Counted from the stretch's first letter, positions 1-10,064 are shown. The stretch: DNA of 30,636 bases from an uncultured Myxococcales bacterium (GCA_963933695.1 CAWVXN010000001.1:1-30636), one strand, 5' to 3'. The notes: generated by a model not told the origin, from the sequence alone. Made by a program: numbers and translations.

Positions 1-213
1 CGCCACACCGGGCATAACGTCGAGAACGGTCAGGCCCGGGCGATCTCCCGCCAACACGCCGGGGACCAGGCTCAGGACGACGCCAAATGCTGCCAGAGCA
101 GTCGCGATGGTCACGCTTTCCCGCAGATTGGGCCAACGCCCGGTCAGTGCGATTCCCACCGCACCCAGGAGCGGCAACAACACCGCGGTCCCAACGGCGG
201 TCTCCGGAGTCAT
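1..213 (-). CDS. Second MrpD/MnhD-type antiporter subunit (5' part only; runs off the window edge)
   Basis: Not in the ORF track. ATG at 213 overlaps the mrpD stop (ATGA). Hand translation gives MTPETAVGTAVLLPLLGAVGIALTGRWPNLRESVTIATALAAFGVVLSLVPGVLAGDRPGLTVLDVMPGVA, a hydrophobic N-terminus typical of MrpD/NuoL-like subunits. Confidence 0.7.
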   Translation of the reverse strand, partial: MTPETAVGTAVLLPLLGAVGIALTGRWPNLRESVTIATALAAFGVVLSLVPGVLAGDRPGLTVLDVMPGVA

Positions 214-1685
214 GATGCGCCCCCCAGCAAAAACTGTGCGGCGGTATGGGCGACGCCTGCAGTCAGCTCGGTGTTGAGCCCGAAATACACCGTACCCCCG
301 ATCAATATCCAGGTGGGCACAAGCATGGAGAGCGGTGCCTCGTCCCGCTCAACGGGGACGGCGGACTCGCGGAAGTACATGATCTCGACCACTCGCCATA
401 CATAGACCACCGCGAGGAGCGAACTCGCCAGGATAAAAAAAGCGACCAGGTAGAGTCCCTTGTCGAGTGCGCCAAGCACCAGAAACCACTTGCTCACGAA
501 ACCGACAGTTCCGGGCACACCGATTAGGCTCAACCCGCCCACGACAAAAGCCGCCATGGTTAGGGGCATCTTTCTCCCCAGCCCCCGTAGCGCCTCAAGA
601 TCCGGAGAGGCAACGCGCGAAAGTGCGCAGGCCACGACCAGGAAAAGCCCCCCCTTCATCAGCGCATGGTTGAAGAGATGCACCAGGCCGCCCGTCAATC
701 CATTCAGGTTCGCCAGGCTGAGGCCCAGAGTCATATAACCAATCTGAGCGATACTCGAATAAGCGAGGAGGCGCTTGATATTCGTCTGCTGAATCGCCGC
801 GAGAGAGCCCACCACCATGGCCGCCAGGGACAGGGGCAGGAGTAGACTCGATAGTCCGATTGTCTCGAAGAAGAAAGCCGCACCAAAGATGCCGAAGATC
901 ACACGTACCAAAACGTAATAAGCCACCTTGGTAGCTGTGGCAGAGAGAAACGAACTGACCATCGACGGCGCGAATGTGTAGGCATTCGGAAGCCATTGAT
1001 GGAGGGGGAATGCCGCAAGCTTGATACTCGTTCCCACCACCAGGAACGCCGGGGCAATCCAGACTGTCCGGGATTCGAGGACTGGAGGGAGCCGCCGAGC
1101 CAGATCCACGATATTGAGCGTGCCGGTCATCTGGTAGATCAGCCCCGTCCCGATCAGGATAAACGTGCCTCCGATGGTGCCCATCACGAGATACGAGAAG
1201 GCCGCGGTGAGAGCGCCTCGATCCCTTCCCAGCCCAATCAATGCGTATGCGGAAAGCGAAGAGATCTCCAGAAAGACAAAGATGTTGAACAAATCCCCGG
1301 TGATCGTGATTCCGAGTAGCCCTGCCAGGCACAGAAGAAAGAGGGAGTAGAAGAGGTAGTACCGCTCCCGAGGAATCCGCAACTCACGCCCGTCCAGGGG
1401 AAAAGGAATCACAACCGCGCCGATCGTTGCCACGATAACCAGCACATAGGCGTTCAGGACATCCACCCGATACTCGATGCCCAGGGGAGCCGCCCAACCG
1501 CCCAGGGCATAGGAAATCGTCCCGTGGGTCAGAACCTGTTCGAGCAGTGCCAATGCAATGGCAAGGCACGACCAAGCAACGGCAACCGCAAACACACGAA
1601 CCCAGCTCGCCCGACGCAGCAGAATGCAAATCGGCGCGGCCATCATGGGTACCACGGTCTGCAGGGCAGGCAGGTGTTCGTTCAC
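210..1685 (-). CDS. mrpD: Mrp/Mnh Na+/H+ antiporter subunit D
   Basis: 491 aa, about 14 TM. Motifs GDLFNIFVFLEISSL, SIKLAAFPLHQWLPNAY, KRLLAYSSIAQIGY, HLFNHALMKGGLF. GTG start overlaps the mrpC stop. Confidence 0.9.
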   Translation of the reverse strand: MNEHLPALQTVVPMMAAPICILLRRASWVRVFAVAVAWSCLAIALALLEQVLTHGTISYALGGWAAPLGIEYRVDVLNAYVLVIVATIGAVVIPFPLDGRELRIPRERYYLFYSLFLLCLAGLLGITITGDLFNIFVFLEISSLSAYALIGLGRDRGALTAAFSYLVMGTIGGTFILIGTGLIYQMTGTLNIVDLARRLPPVLESRTVWIAPAFLVVGTSIKLAAFPLHQWLPNAYTFAPSMVSSFLSATATKVAYYVLVRVIFGIFGAAFFFETIGLSSLLLPLSLAAMVVGSLAAIQQTNIKRLLAYSSIAQIGYMTLGLSLANLNGLTGGLVHLFNHALMKGGLFLVVACALSRVASPDLEALRGLGRKMPLTMAAFVVGGLSLIGVPGTVGFVSKWFLVLGALDKGLYLVAFFILASSLLAVVYVWRVVEIMYFRESAVPVERDEAPLSMLVPTWILIGGTVYFGLNTELTAGVAHTAAQFLLGGAS

Positions 1686-2056
1686 TCTGCCGCCCGATCC
1701 ATTTCGCGCAGGGTGTCCTCTTCTACGCTGCCATACTCTTCGTAAATGCGAACGATGAGGGCCAGGCCAAGGCCCGTAGTCGCCACGCCGACGACGATCG
1801 CTGTCAGCATCAATACGTGGGGAAGAGGGTTCGAATAAACAACATCCGCCGCGCCCTCCGGAATGTTCGGAATGATAGGAGCTGTTCCTCCCTCCACTTT
1901 CGCGATGGAAACCCAGAACATGATGACCGAGACCTGGAAGATATTGAGACCCATCATCTTCTTAACCAGATTTTCCCTCGCGATAAGGATATAGAGGCCG
2001 ATCATCATCAAAACTATGACCATCCAGTAGTTCCAGAGACCGAGCATCTCCATCAT
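1682..2056 (-). CDS. mrpC: Mrp antiporter subunit C
   Basis: 124 aa, 3 TM. Motifs NLVKKMMGLNIFQ and NPLPHVLMLTAIVVGVATT. ATGA overlap with mrpB. Confidence 0.9.
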   Translation of the reverse strand: MMEMLGLWNYWMVIVLMMIGLYILIARENLVKKMMGLNIFQVSVIMFWVSIAKVEGGTAPIIPNIPEGAADVVYSNPLPHVLMLTAIVVGVATTGLGLALIVRIYEEYGSVEEDTLREMDRAAE

Positions 2057-2496
2057 GCAGTCCTTCGGCCCGCGAAGGCGTAGAAGATCGCAAGCATTGA
2101 CGCGCTAACCGTCAGCCCAACACCCAACTCGATGAGCAGGATCCCAAGATGGAGTCCGTGCATCGGATCGTGTGCATCAAGGACCTTGTAGTCCAGGAAA
2201 TTCCCATTCAGAAAAAGCGATGCAATACCAACACATCCGTAGAGCAACAGCCCCAGGGATGCCCCCCATTCGACAACGGTCCACGGCACCACCCGCTGGA
2301 GATTCTCAAGACCAAAGACCAGCCCGTAAAGAACAAAGCCCGAGGTGAAGATCACACCCGCTTGAAAACCCCCTCCCGGACCGTAATCACCATGGAATTG
2401 AACGTAGAGCCCGAAAAGGAGAATGAACGGGATAAAGAAGCGAGAAACAACACGCACCACGAGTTTCTCGCGCATACGCATCAAGGGGATTTTCAT
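2053..2496 (-). CDS. mrpB: Mrp antiporter subunit B (MnhB domain)
   Basis: Signature HGDYGPGGGFQAG and ELGVGLTV. ATGA overlap with the upstream gene. Confidence 0.88.
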   Translation of the reverse strand: MKIPLMRMREKLVVRVVSRFFIPFILLFGLYVQFHGDYGPGGGFQAGVIFTSGFVLYGLVFGLENLQRVVPWTVVEWGASLGLLLYGCVGIASLFLNGNFLDYKVLDAHDPMHGLHLGILLIELGVGLTVSASMLAIFYAFAGRRTA

Positions 2497-3032
2497 TTTT
2501 CCTCTTCCCCCTTCCGGCCCCGACCACTTGCAAGCAAAGCCATCACGCCCAGGGCAGCCGTAAAGATCACCGCCGTCTCGCCCAGGGTGTCAAACGCCCT
2601 GTAGCTCCCAAGAATCGCCGTGACGATATTCGGAATACCAAACTCGGCCTCGGTGCCCGCGATATAATCCGGCGCAAGATATTGATGAATCGTCGCCGTC
2701 GGATCGCCATACGCGGGCATCTCCAAGGTGCCCAAGAAAAGCGCTCCTCCCGTCAGAAAGACGATGACGAAGGGAAGAATCCGCAAAGGCCTCTCCCTCT
2801 CCTCCCTTACTGTCAAGGAAAGGGTTCCGAGCATCAGTACCGTGGAAACCCCCGCGCCCACCGCCGCCTCGGTAAATGCAACGTCTACGGCATCCATCAG
2901 GGTAAAGAGCCCGGCGGAGAGAAGGCTGAAGATGCCGGTCAGCATTGCGGCAGCAAACAGGTAGTCGAGCCGAGCAATCACGACGGCGGTCACCACAAGA
3001 AAAGCAAGCAGGAGAAACTCAATGGGAATCAT
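2493..3032 (-). CDS. Mrp subunit, DUF4040/MrpA-C-terminal-like (MnhB-related)
   Basis: DVAFTEAAVGAG followed by NIVTAILGSYRAFDTLGETAV. Start moved to ATG 3032, which has CAGGAGG upstream; the track start at 3089 overlaps mrpG. Confidence 0.82.
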   Translation of the reverse strand: MIPIEFLLLAFLVVTAVVIARLDYLFAAAMLTGIFSLLSAGLFTLMDAVDVAFTEAAVGAGVSTVLMLGTLSLTVREERERPLRILPFVIVFLTGGALFLGTLEMPAYGDPTATIHQYLAPDYIAGTEAEFGIPNIVTAILGSYRAFDTLGETAVIFTAALGVMALLASGRGRKGEEEK

Positions 3033-3366
3033 TTTCATCCCCTCCTGAAGGGCTGATCCCAACCGTCGAATCGCCCATGGGAACCCCATAGCCGTGGGCA
3101 GCTCGGTAGAGCGCGTGTCCCGCAGTGGGGCCAGCCAAGTAGAGGAAGGCCAAAATCATCACAAGCTTCACGCCGACCAGGCTGAACCCAGCCTGAAACA
3201 TCAAGCCCACCAGGATGAGCCCAGCCCCCATCGTATCAGTGATGCCCGCCGCGTGGGTGCGCGTCCAGAAGTCGGGCATTCTGAGCAGACCCATCGCCCC
3301 GATAATGCAAAATATCGATCCGCAGATCAGACAGACCCAGCTCACGACATCGGGAATGGAAGTCAA
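3019..3366 (-). CDS. mrpG: Mrp antiporter subunit G
   Basis: GLLRMPDFWTRTHAAGITDTMG motif. TTG start overlaps the mrpF stop. Confidence 0.88.
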   Translation of the reverse strand: MTSIPDVVSWVCLICGSIFCIIGAMGLLRMPDFWTRTHAAGITDTMGAGLILVGLMFQAGFSLVGVKLVMILAFLYLAGPTAGHALYRAAHGYGVPMGDSTVGISPSGGDENDSH

Positions 3367-3641
3367 GATGCCGGCTCCTCATCGTCTCGAGCCAGGTTGC
3401 CGAAGCGCACAAATTTAAGCACCGCGATGCTTCCGATGAAATTGACTAGCGCGTACACCAGAGCCAGGTCGAGCCATTCTGGCCGACCGGTCAGGAAGCC
3501 ACTCACAGCAATCAGCAAAACCGTTTTCGTACCAAACATATTGATCGCAAGAATACGGTCGAAGACCGTCGGGCCACGAACTGCCGCAACGAGCGCGATC
3601 AGCATCGTTACAAGAATGCCCAACATGGCGACCTCGAACAT
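3363..3641 (-). CDS. mrpF: Mrp antiporter subunit F
   Basis: GPTVFDRILAINMF and LDLALVYALVNFIG. ATG 3641 overlaps the mrpE stop (TGATG). Confidence 0.88.
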   Translation of the reverse strand: MFEVAMLGILVTMLIALVAAVRGPTVFDRILAINMFGTKTVLLIAVSGFLTGRPEWLDLALVYALVNFIGSIAVLKFVRFGNLARDDEEPAS

Positions 3642-4117
3642 CAGTGGGCACCTTCCGTTCGGCATACCCGGCGGTCCATCTCACCCTCCTCGACGCATGC
3701 AGCGGATTCCTCGGTGAGTGCATGGACAAGGATTTGATTATCCCGCACATCGAGGCTGATGGTTCCGGGAGTCAAGGTGATGGAGTTGGCATAAATGGCT
3801 TGGCCCGTTTCTGTCTTCTGGCTGGCAGGGACTCGGATCAACCGGGGACTGATGGGGAGCCGGGGATTCAAAATGATACGCGCAACGTCGAGATTCGACT
3901 TGAATATCTGCCAGACAAGCCAGGGAAGATAGAGAAGCAAGCCCAGTCCCGGGTATTCATCGTCTTCGGACTCGGAGAAGCGATCCATCCGCCGGGTGAT
4001 CGCCAGCACGGTGAGCACCGAAACCAAGCCAAGACCCAGCAACAAGGGTTCGGCATGACCGGACCAGAGCAGCCAGGCTGCGATGAGCATCAATGCCGTT
4101 GTTAGAGTCCGGCTCAA
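3641..4117 (-). CDS. mrpE: Mrp antiporter subunit E
   Basis: Signature ANSITLTPGTISLD and ILVHAL. The start is TTG 4117 or ATG 4090. Confidence 0.88.
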   Translation of the reverse strand: MSRTLTTALMLIAAWLLWSGHAEPLLLGLGLVSVLTVLAITRRMDRFSESEDDEYPGLGLLLYLPWLVWQIFKSNLDVARIILNPRLPISPRLIRVPASQKTETGQAIYANSITLTPGTISLDVRDNQILVHALTEESAACVEEGEMDRRVCRTEGAH

Positions 4118-4242
4118 GAAATTCCCGACAAGTTGAATCGATGGGTTTTATTCGACTGAGCACGAAATCTATGCTTTTCGGCGCAGAAGTTCCAGATAAT
4201 CCCACCCGGCTGAACCCGGAACTAGGACCCCAGGGCTCCGCT

Positions 4243-4872
4243 CTACGATTCCTCGACAGAAACCCTGCCGGTACCCTCCGCGCTGGGGCCCGGGTTGAAC
4301 CGTTCCATGGCGGTTTCGATGCCTTCGGCGAGGAATACGTCCAGAGCGTCCACCGCAAGCTCCACGTGGCCGTTCAGGGCTAATGCCTCGGCTTCGCTGA
4401 AGGGGGAGAGGACGAAATCAATCACTGTCCCCTCGGGCGAAGGGGGCCTACCTACACCGAAGCGCAGGCGCGGGAAGCGGCGTCCTCCCAGGGCGTCGAT
4501 GATACTTTCCACCCCGCGATGTCCTCCCCCACTCCCGGACGGACGAAGCCTCAGTCGACCGAAAGCAAGATCGAGGTCATCGTAGATCACGATCAGGTCC
4601 CGAGAGGGATCCATTTTCGGAGAGTCTTCGAGAGCGAGCCCCAAGGAGCGCCCGGAGGCATTCATGAAAGTCTTGGGCTTCAGGCAGGCTGTGGCCAGGC
4701 CCGCCGCCACGCCAAGCCCGAATTCACCCTCCCAGCGCTCGGCACCCACGGAGATGCGGTGCCGAGATGCGAAGGCATCCACGATCCTGAACCCGATATT
4801 GTGGCGTGTACCCGCATAGGCCGGGCCCGGATTCCCGAGCCCGACGACGAGGCGAAGGCCCGAGGCGCTCAG
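4243..4872 (-). CDS. pth: Peptidyl-tRNA hydrolase
   Basis: The track ORF (start 4782) lacks the N-terminus. The frame stays open upstream as LRLVVGLGNPGPAYAGTRHNIGF. Other motifs: KPKTFMNASG, IYDDLDL, GGHRGV, RLRFGVGRP, DFVLSPF. The proposed start is CTG 4872 (see findings). Confidence 0.92.
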   Translation of the reverse strand: MSASGLRLVVGLGNPGPAYAGTRHNIGFRIVDAFASRHRISVGAERWEGEFGLGVAAGLATACLKPKTFMNASGRSLGLALEDSPKMDPSRDLIVIYDDLDLAFGRLRLRPSGSGGGHRGVESIIDALGGRRFPRLRFGVGRPPSPEGTVIDFVLSPFSEAEALALNGHVELAVDALDVFLAEGIETAMERFNPGPSAEGTGRVSVEES

Positions 4873-5564
4873 CCGCTTGAGTCCTTGTCCCCGGCACCTT
4901 TGGCTTCGGCGTCGGCTTCGGAACCCTCGGAGCCAGCTTCGCCCTCCGCAGATTCGGCACCCTCTTCGCCCTCTTCCGGTGCGACGACTTCTTCCTCCAC
5001 CGCCTTGGGCATGAGAACTGATACCACCGAAAGTTCTTTATCGCTGATTAGTTCGACACCCGGGGGCAATTCGATATCCACCACGTGCAGTGACTGGCCC
5101 AACCCGAGCCCCGAAACGTCGGCTATGACTTCGTCGGGGATCGAGCCCGGGAGGCACAGGAGTTCCAATTCGCGCAATGAGTGCTCGATCACTCCCCCTT
5201 CGAGTAGGCCGGGTGCACTGCCTGACAAATGAATCGGGACGGATATGTGAAGCCGCTCGGCCATATCGATCTCAAAGAAATCCGCGTGCAGAACAGCGCC
5301 ACGCACTGGTTCACGCTGCAGTTCTTTGACCATAACCACGCGGTTCGCCACCGAGGCATCGCCTGTCAGGTCAAAGAGCGTGTTGATGCCTGCGTGGCTC
5401 TCCTTGATTTTACTTTGCAGAACCTTCGGGTCAAAGCTGATGGGAACCGCTTCCCGACCGGCTCCGTAGACCACGCCGGGAGCCCTTCCATTTGCGCGCA
5501 GTTTGCGGTTGTAGGACTTGCCCGTCCCCGTTCGACTTTCCAGGGCAATCGAAACTTCAGCCAC
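4869..5564 (-). CDS. rplY: 50S ribosomal protein L25/Ctc (long form)
   Basis: RKLRANGRAPGVVYG, LQREPVRGAVLHADF, GGVIEHSLREL and an acidic tail. GTG start preceded by GAGGAG. Confidence 0.95.
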   Translation of the reverse strand: MAEVSIALESRTGTGKSYNRKLRANGRAPGVVYGAGREAVPISFDPKVLQSKIKESHAGINTLFDLTGDASVANRVVMVKELQREPVRGAVLHADFFEIDMAERLHISVPIHLSGSAPGLLEGGVIEHSLRELELLCLPGSIPDEVIADVSGLGLGQSLHVVDIELPPGVELISDKELSVVSVLMPKAVEEEVVAPEEGEEGAESAEGEAGSEGSEADAEAKGAGDKDSSG

Positions 5565-5621
5565 CGATTTTCTCCTCAGATTCCAGATCGGCTCCCAGAG
5601 GGCTACCGATACGTGCGCAGC

Positions 5622-6557
<936 letters not shown>

Positions 6558-6618
6558 TCTTCTGCCTTCGTCTTACCCGGCTGCTTCCGGGTTCAGTTCC
6601 CCTGCCAAACGACGGGCC

Positions 6619-6693
<75 letters not shown>

Positions 6694-6774
6694 GCAATAA
6701 CTCTCAGCCCGATCATCTCAATCCGCGGGCGCCAGTCTGGAACGCCCTTCGATCTTTTCATCTCGGGCGAGATC

Positions 6775-7728
6775 TTACCCATCAGGCAGCGTCCCAGCGA
6801 GCCGAGACCATCCTTCCCCCCGCAGGGCCAATTGCTTAATCGCGCTTTTTGCCTCCGACCGAGCCTTGAAGATCCCAAAGCTTGTGGCACCGCTTCCCGA
6901 CATGCCCACCGCTTGGGCTCCCAAGTCGACCAGATGCCGCTGAATTCGACCAATCGAAGGGCAGATCTGGCGTGCCGCATCCTCAAGGTCGTTCCTCAGG
7001 AAATCGCCCAACCGTGCCCAATGAGCGACGGAATCCTTCGGATCCAACGCTGTCCAATCCGCGAGGGACCGCAGCGTAGAGCCTGGCTGGGCTGCCGTCA
7101 ACGTGGGCGAGAGCGCATCCCAAGCCTCAAAAACCGATGCTGTGGACAGGCTCTCTCCCGGGTTGGCAAGCACCAGGCTAAGTTCGGGCAGGCCACCCAC
7201 CGGCGTGACTTGCTCGCCGATTCCCTCGACCAGCGCTGGACGCGGGGACAGGAAGAAGGGCACGTCGGCCCCGAGCGAGAGGGCCAGGGCGGCCAGACGT
7301 CGCGGAGTGAACGCACCGGGGATCAGGGCGTCGAGCGCTCGAAGGACCGCGCCGGCATCGCTCGAGCCCCCGCCGAGTCCGGCGGCCAACGGAATTCGCT
7401 TGACGAGCTTCAACGAAACCGAAAACTTCACCCCACCCGCGGCCAAAAATGCTTCGGCTGCGCGAAAAGCTAAATTGTCATCCCCCTCGGGGAGATCACC
7501 CAGTCCGCTTGCATCGGGAGCCGCCACACAGTCGAGGGCCACCCGTGGCTCAGGCGCCGGAGCGGTCTCCACGAAGACCTCGTCGGAAAGGTCGACCGGC
7601 ACGAACAAGCTCTCGATGAGATGATATCCATCGGCCCGGCGGCCGAGCACCCGGAGGCCGAAATTGACCTTGGCGGGAGCCAGCTCGAGGCGGCCAGCAG
7701 TCGGCAGGCGCTCGTCACGGCTCGCCAT
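6775..7728 (-). CDS. ispE: 4-diphosphocytidyl-2-C-methyl-D-erythritol kinase
   Basis: APAKVNFGL, GYHLIES, KRIPLAAGLGGGSSDA, LGADVPFF, MSGSG. Confidence 0.96.
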   Translation of the reverse strand: MASRDERLPTAGRLELAPAKVNFGLRVLGRRADGYHLIESLFVPVDLSDEVFVETAPAPEPRVALDCVAAPDASGLGDLPEGDDNLAFRAAEAFLAAGGVKFSVSLKLVKRIPLAAGLGGGSSDAGAVLRALDALIPGAFTPRRLAALALSLGADVPFFLSPRPALVEGIGEQVTPVGGLPELSLVLANPGESLSTASVFEAWDALSPTLTAAQPGSTLRSLADWTALDPKDSVAHWARLGDFLRNDLEDAARQICPSIGRIQRHLVDLGAQAVGMSGSGATSFGIFKARSEAKSAIKQLALRGEGWSRLAGTLPDG

Positions 7729-7737
7729 GGCTGTCGC

Positions 7738-8040
7738 CTAGGCGTCGAGCTCGACGAAATGCAGGCGCAACTCGTAGAGCAGGCTATCGATGAGCTTGGC
7801 CTCGTCGGGCTCAAGGTTGCCCCGGGTCTTCGCCTGGAGCATCTCGATGGTATCGATCGTCTGCTGGGCGATTTCGCGGCTGGGAGAGATCATTTCCTGG
7901 GTCTCCGAGTCGGCGATCAGGCCCATCTGGTACAGCGCGGTGGTCGACAACGAGAGGACAAAGGTCGAAAAATCGATGGCCGGAAGCTGAGGAGCCGCCG
8001 AACCCGGCCCGCCGCCACCTGCACCCGACTGATCGCTCAC
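7738..8040 (-). CDS. DUF1844 domain protein
   Basis: IDFSTFVLSLSTTALYQMG, AQQTIDTIEMLQAKTRGNL, LLYELRLHFV. GTG start with GGAGG upstream. Confidence 0.85.
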   Translation of the reverse strand: MSDQSGAGGGGPGSAAPQLPAIDFSTFVLSLSTTALYQMGLIADSETQEMISPSREIAQQTIDTIEMLQAKTRGNLEPDEAKLIDSLLYELRLHFVELDA

Positions 8041-8054
8041 CGCCCCACCTCCGC

Positions 8055-8666
8055 CTAGTCCCTCTCGTTGAGCGCCGAGGTATCGGACTCGGAACCCAAA
8101 GCATGGCGCGCGCCCTCAAAGCGCTGGACCACGGTCGCCGTGGAGCCCACCGCCAGAATCCAGAGGGCCGGCACCATCAGGCCGAGGATTCCACCCGCGA
8201 TCAGCAGGCCGATGCGCTCTCCGCGCTCCACCACACCGCCGGGCAAGGCCAGGTCCAACGACTCCGCACGGGCCTTGGAGTAGGAGGTCAGGACGCTCGA
8301 AGTCAGCCCGGTAGCGGCCACGAGCGCCGTCACTTGCTCTCCGGCGGCGGCGAAGTGAATGACCAAGCCCAACATCACCGCGATGTCCACAAGGCGGTCG
8401 AGGGTTGAGTCGAGAAAGGCGCCGAAACGAGTTTCAATGCCGTGATACCGGGCCACTACCCCATCGACGAGATCGCAAAGACCCCCGACTGCCAGCACGA
8501 TCGAACCCGCCACGAACTGGCCTGCCCCAAAGGCCGCAGCCGCCACCAGACAGAGCATTGCGCCCAGGATCGTCAGGAGGTTCGGGTCGATTCGCCCCCT
8601 GAAGAGAAAAGGAAGAACCCGCTGAACCCATCCGTCCAGCTTATGCCCGAATTTGTCTTTAATCAC
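8055..8666 (-). CDS. CDP-alcohol phosphatidyltransferase, PIP-synthase/archaetidylinositol-phosphate-synthase-like
   Basis: Signature DLVDGVVAR...FGAFLDSTLDRLVD, plus SYSKARAE and ERGER. The most likely start is GTG 8666 (GAGGGT upstream); 8729 and 8759 are alternatives. Confidence 0.85.
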   Translation of the reverse strand: MIKDKFGHKLDGWVQRVLPFLFRGRIDPNLLTILGAMLCLVAAAAFGAGQFVAGSIVLAVGGLCDLVDGVVARYHGIETRFGAFLDSTLDRLVDIAVMLGLVIHFAAAGEQVTALVAATGLTSSVLTSYSKARAESLDLALPGGVVERGERIGLLIAGGILGLMVPALWILAVGSTATVVQRFEGARHALGSESDTSALNERD

Positions 8667-8786
8667 ACCCTGACCCTCATCCGGCCCTTGGCTCGTTGGC
8701 GAGGCTTCGCTGACTTGAGAAGCGCTCATCCCCCGGCCGAGCCGGGCTCCAAGGATCACGCAAGTCCTTGCTGTATATGGGCTAAA

Positions 8787-8975
8787 TCAAATCCCTGCGG
8801 ATTCGGCGGCATCCGCATCAAGCGCCGGAGCCGGCTCTTCATCCTCATCGCTGATCTTGTCCACAGAGTCGGGCAGAGAGGCCAACTCGGCTTGGAGTTC
8901 CTCCTCACTCGCCCAGCCCGAGCGGCCTTCCATCCGGCGGTCAAATTTCATCTTGCGTTCGGCCTCAAGGTTCAT
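8787..8975 (-). CDS. Small acidic hypothetical protein (62 aa)
   Basis: Strong SD (AAGGAG) 9 nt before ATG 8975. Fills the gap upstream of the CDP-alcohol transferase gene. Sequence KFDRRMEGRSGWASEEELQAELASLPDSVDK plus an acidic tail. Confidence 0.7.
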   Translation of the reverse strand: MNLEAERKMKFDRRMEGRSGWASEEELQAELASLPDSVDKISDEDEEPAPALDADAAESAGI

Positions 8976-9115
8976 CGGATCTTTCTCCTTCTAAAGCCCT
9001 GGGGCCACATCGGGCTCTCAGGGAAGAACCGGCGAACCTAGCAGATCGGTGCCCATGGGGGATATGGGCGTTTTTCAACCCTCGGCCACTCTTCCTCGGG
9101 TAGACTGAGCCACCG

Positions 9116-9907
9116 ATGACCCGACCTCTCTTGACCAGAATATTGCTCGGCGGCCTAGTGGGCCTCCTCGCCCTGCAGCCGAGTTGCTCGACGAGTTCAC
9201 CGGGTTTCGAAGATGTCGCCCCGGCCAAGGAGCTCTACGCCGAGGGACTCGCCCTTATGGAGGGTCGCCGGATCCTGGGGGTCTACACCTGGGTCAACTA
9301 CAACCGGGCCCGGGAGCCTTTCCAGGCCATCATCGACAACTACCCCTACAGCGAGTACGAAACCGAAGCCCAGATCAAGATCGCCGATGCCTATTTCGCG
9401 GAAGCCAACTACGAAGAGGCCCTCTCCTACTACAGGGGCTTTGCTGATCTTCACCCCCAGCATCCCAAGGTTCCCTACACCGTGCTCCGCTCGGCCCTTT
9501 GTTATTACAACCAAATCGAGTCCATCGACCGCGACCAGACGGCTACCCGAGAGGCCCTGAAATATCTGGAGTTGCTGAGCACCCGGTACCCCTACGCGCC
9601 AGCGACCCAGGAAGGAGAAGTCATTCTTCACCGGCTCCGGACCCGGCTGGCCGACAACATGATGGAGATCGGAGATTTCTATCTCGAACGAACCCAATAT
9701 CAGTCGGCGGCGACACGCTATCGCCGGGTACTCGACAACTATCCTGGGCTCGGAAGCGATGCGGAAGCCCTATACAAGCTCGGGCTCTGCTACGAAGAAA
9801 TGAAACGCGTCGACGAGGCCTTGCGCCTTTACCACGTGGTGCTCGAAAATTTCTCCAGTTCGAGAGACGCTGAGCGCGCAGCGGAACGAATTGCCGGTGC
9901 CGAGTAG
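9116..9907 (+). CDS. bamD: Outer-membrane protein assembly lipoprotein BamD/YfiO
   Basis: Signal peptide ending at Cys (LALQPSC), TPR helices, NYPYSEY, ADAYF, FADLHPQHPKVPY, IDRDQTATREA, IGDFYL. Confidence 0.85.
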   Translation: MTRPLLTRILLGGLVGLLALQPSCSTSSPGFEDVAPAKELYAEGLALMEGRRILGVYTWVNYNRAREPFQAIIDNYPYSEYETEAQIKIADAYFAEANYEEALSYYRGFADLHPQHPKVPYTVLRSALCYYNQIESIDRDQTATREALKYLELLSTRYPYAPATQEGEVILHRLRTRLADNMMEIGDFYLERTQYQSAATRYRRVLDNYPGLGSDAEALYKLGLCYEEMKRVDEALRLYHVVLENFSSSRDAERAAERIAGAE

Positions 9908-10064
9908 GCCTCGCCTTGCGCGGAACTCGGTCATCCTCGCCAGAGATCGATGAAACTTTTGCCTCGAAGTCCTCGGTGTCCTCGATACAGGGAAGCGGGC
10001 TCCAGAGGCGTGGCCGGGGTAGGCACCCACTCAGCGACTCGGACATAGAGCGGAGGGAGAATCC

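Noticed and set aside
9116-9190. Atypical BamD lipobox (LQPSC)
   Set aside because: The Cys position and the hydrophobic signal fit a lipoprotein, and lipobox variation is common, so it is not informative on its own.
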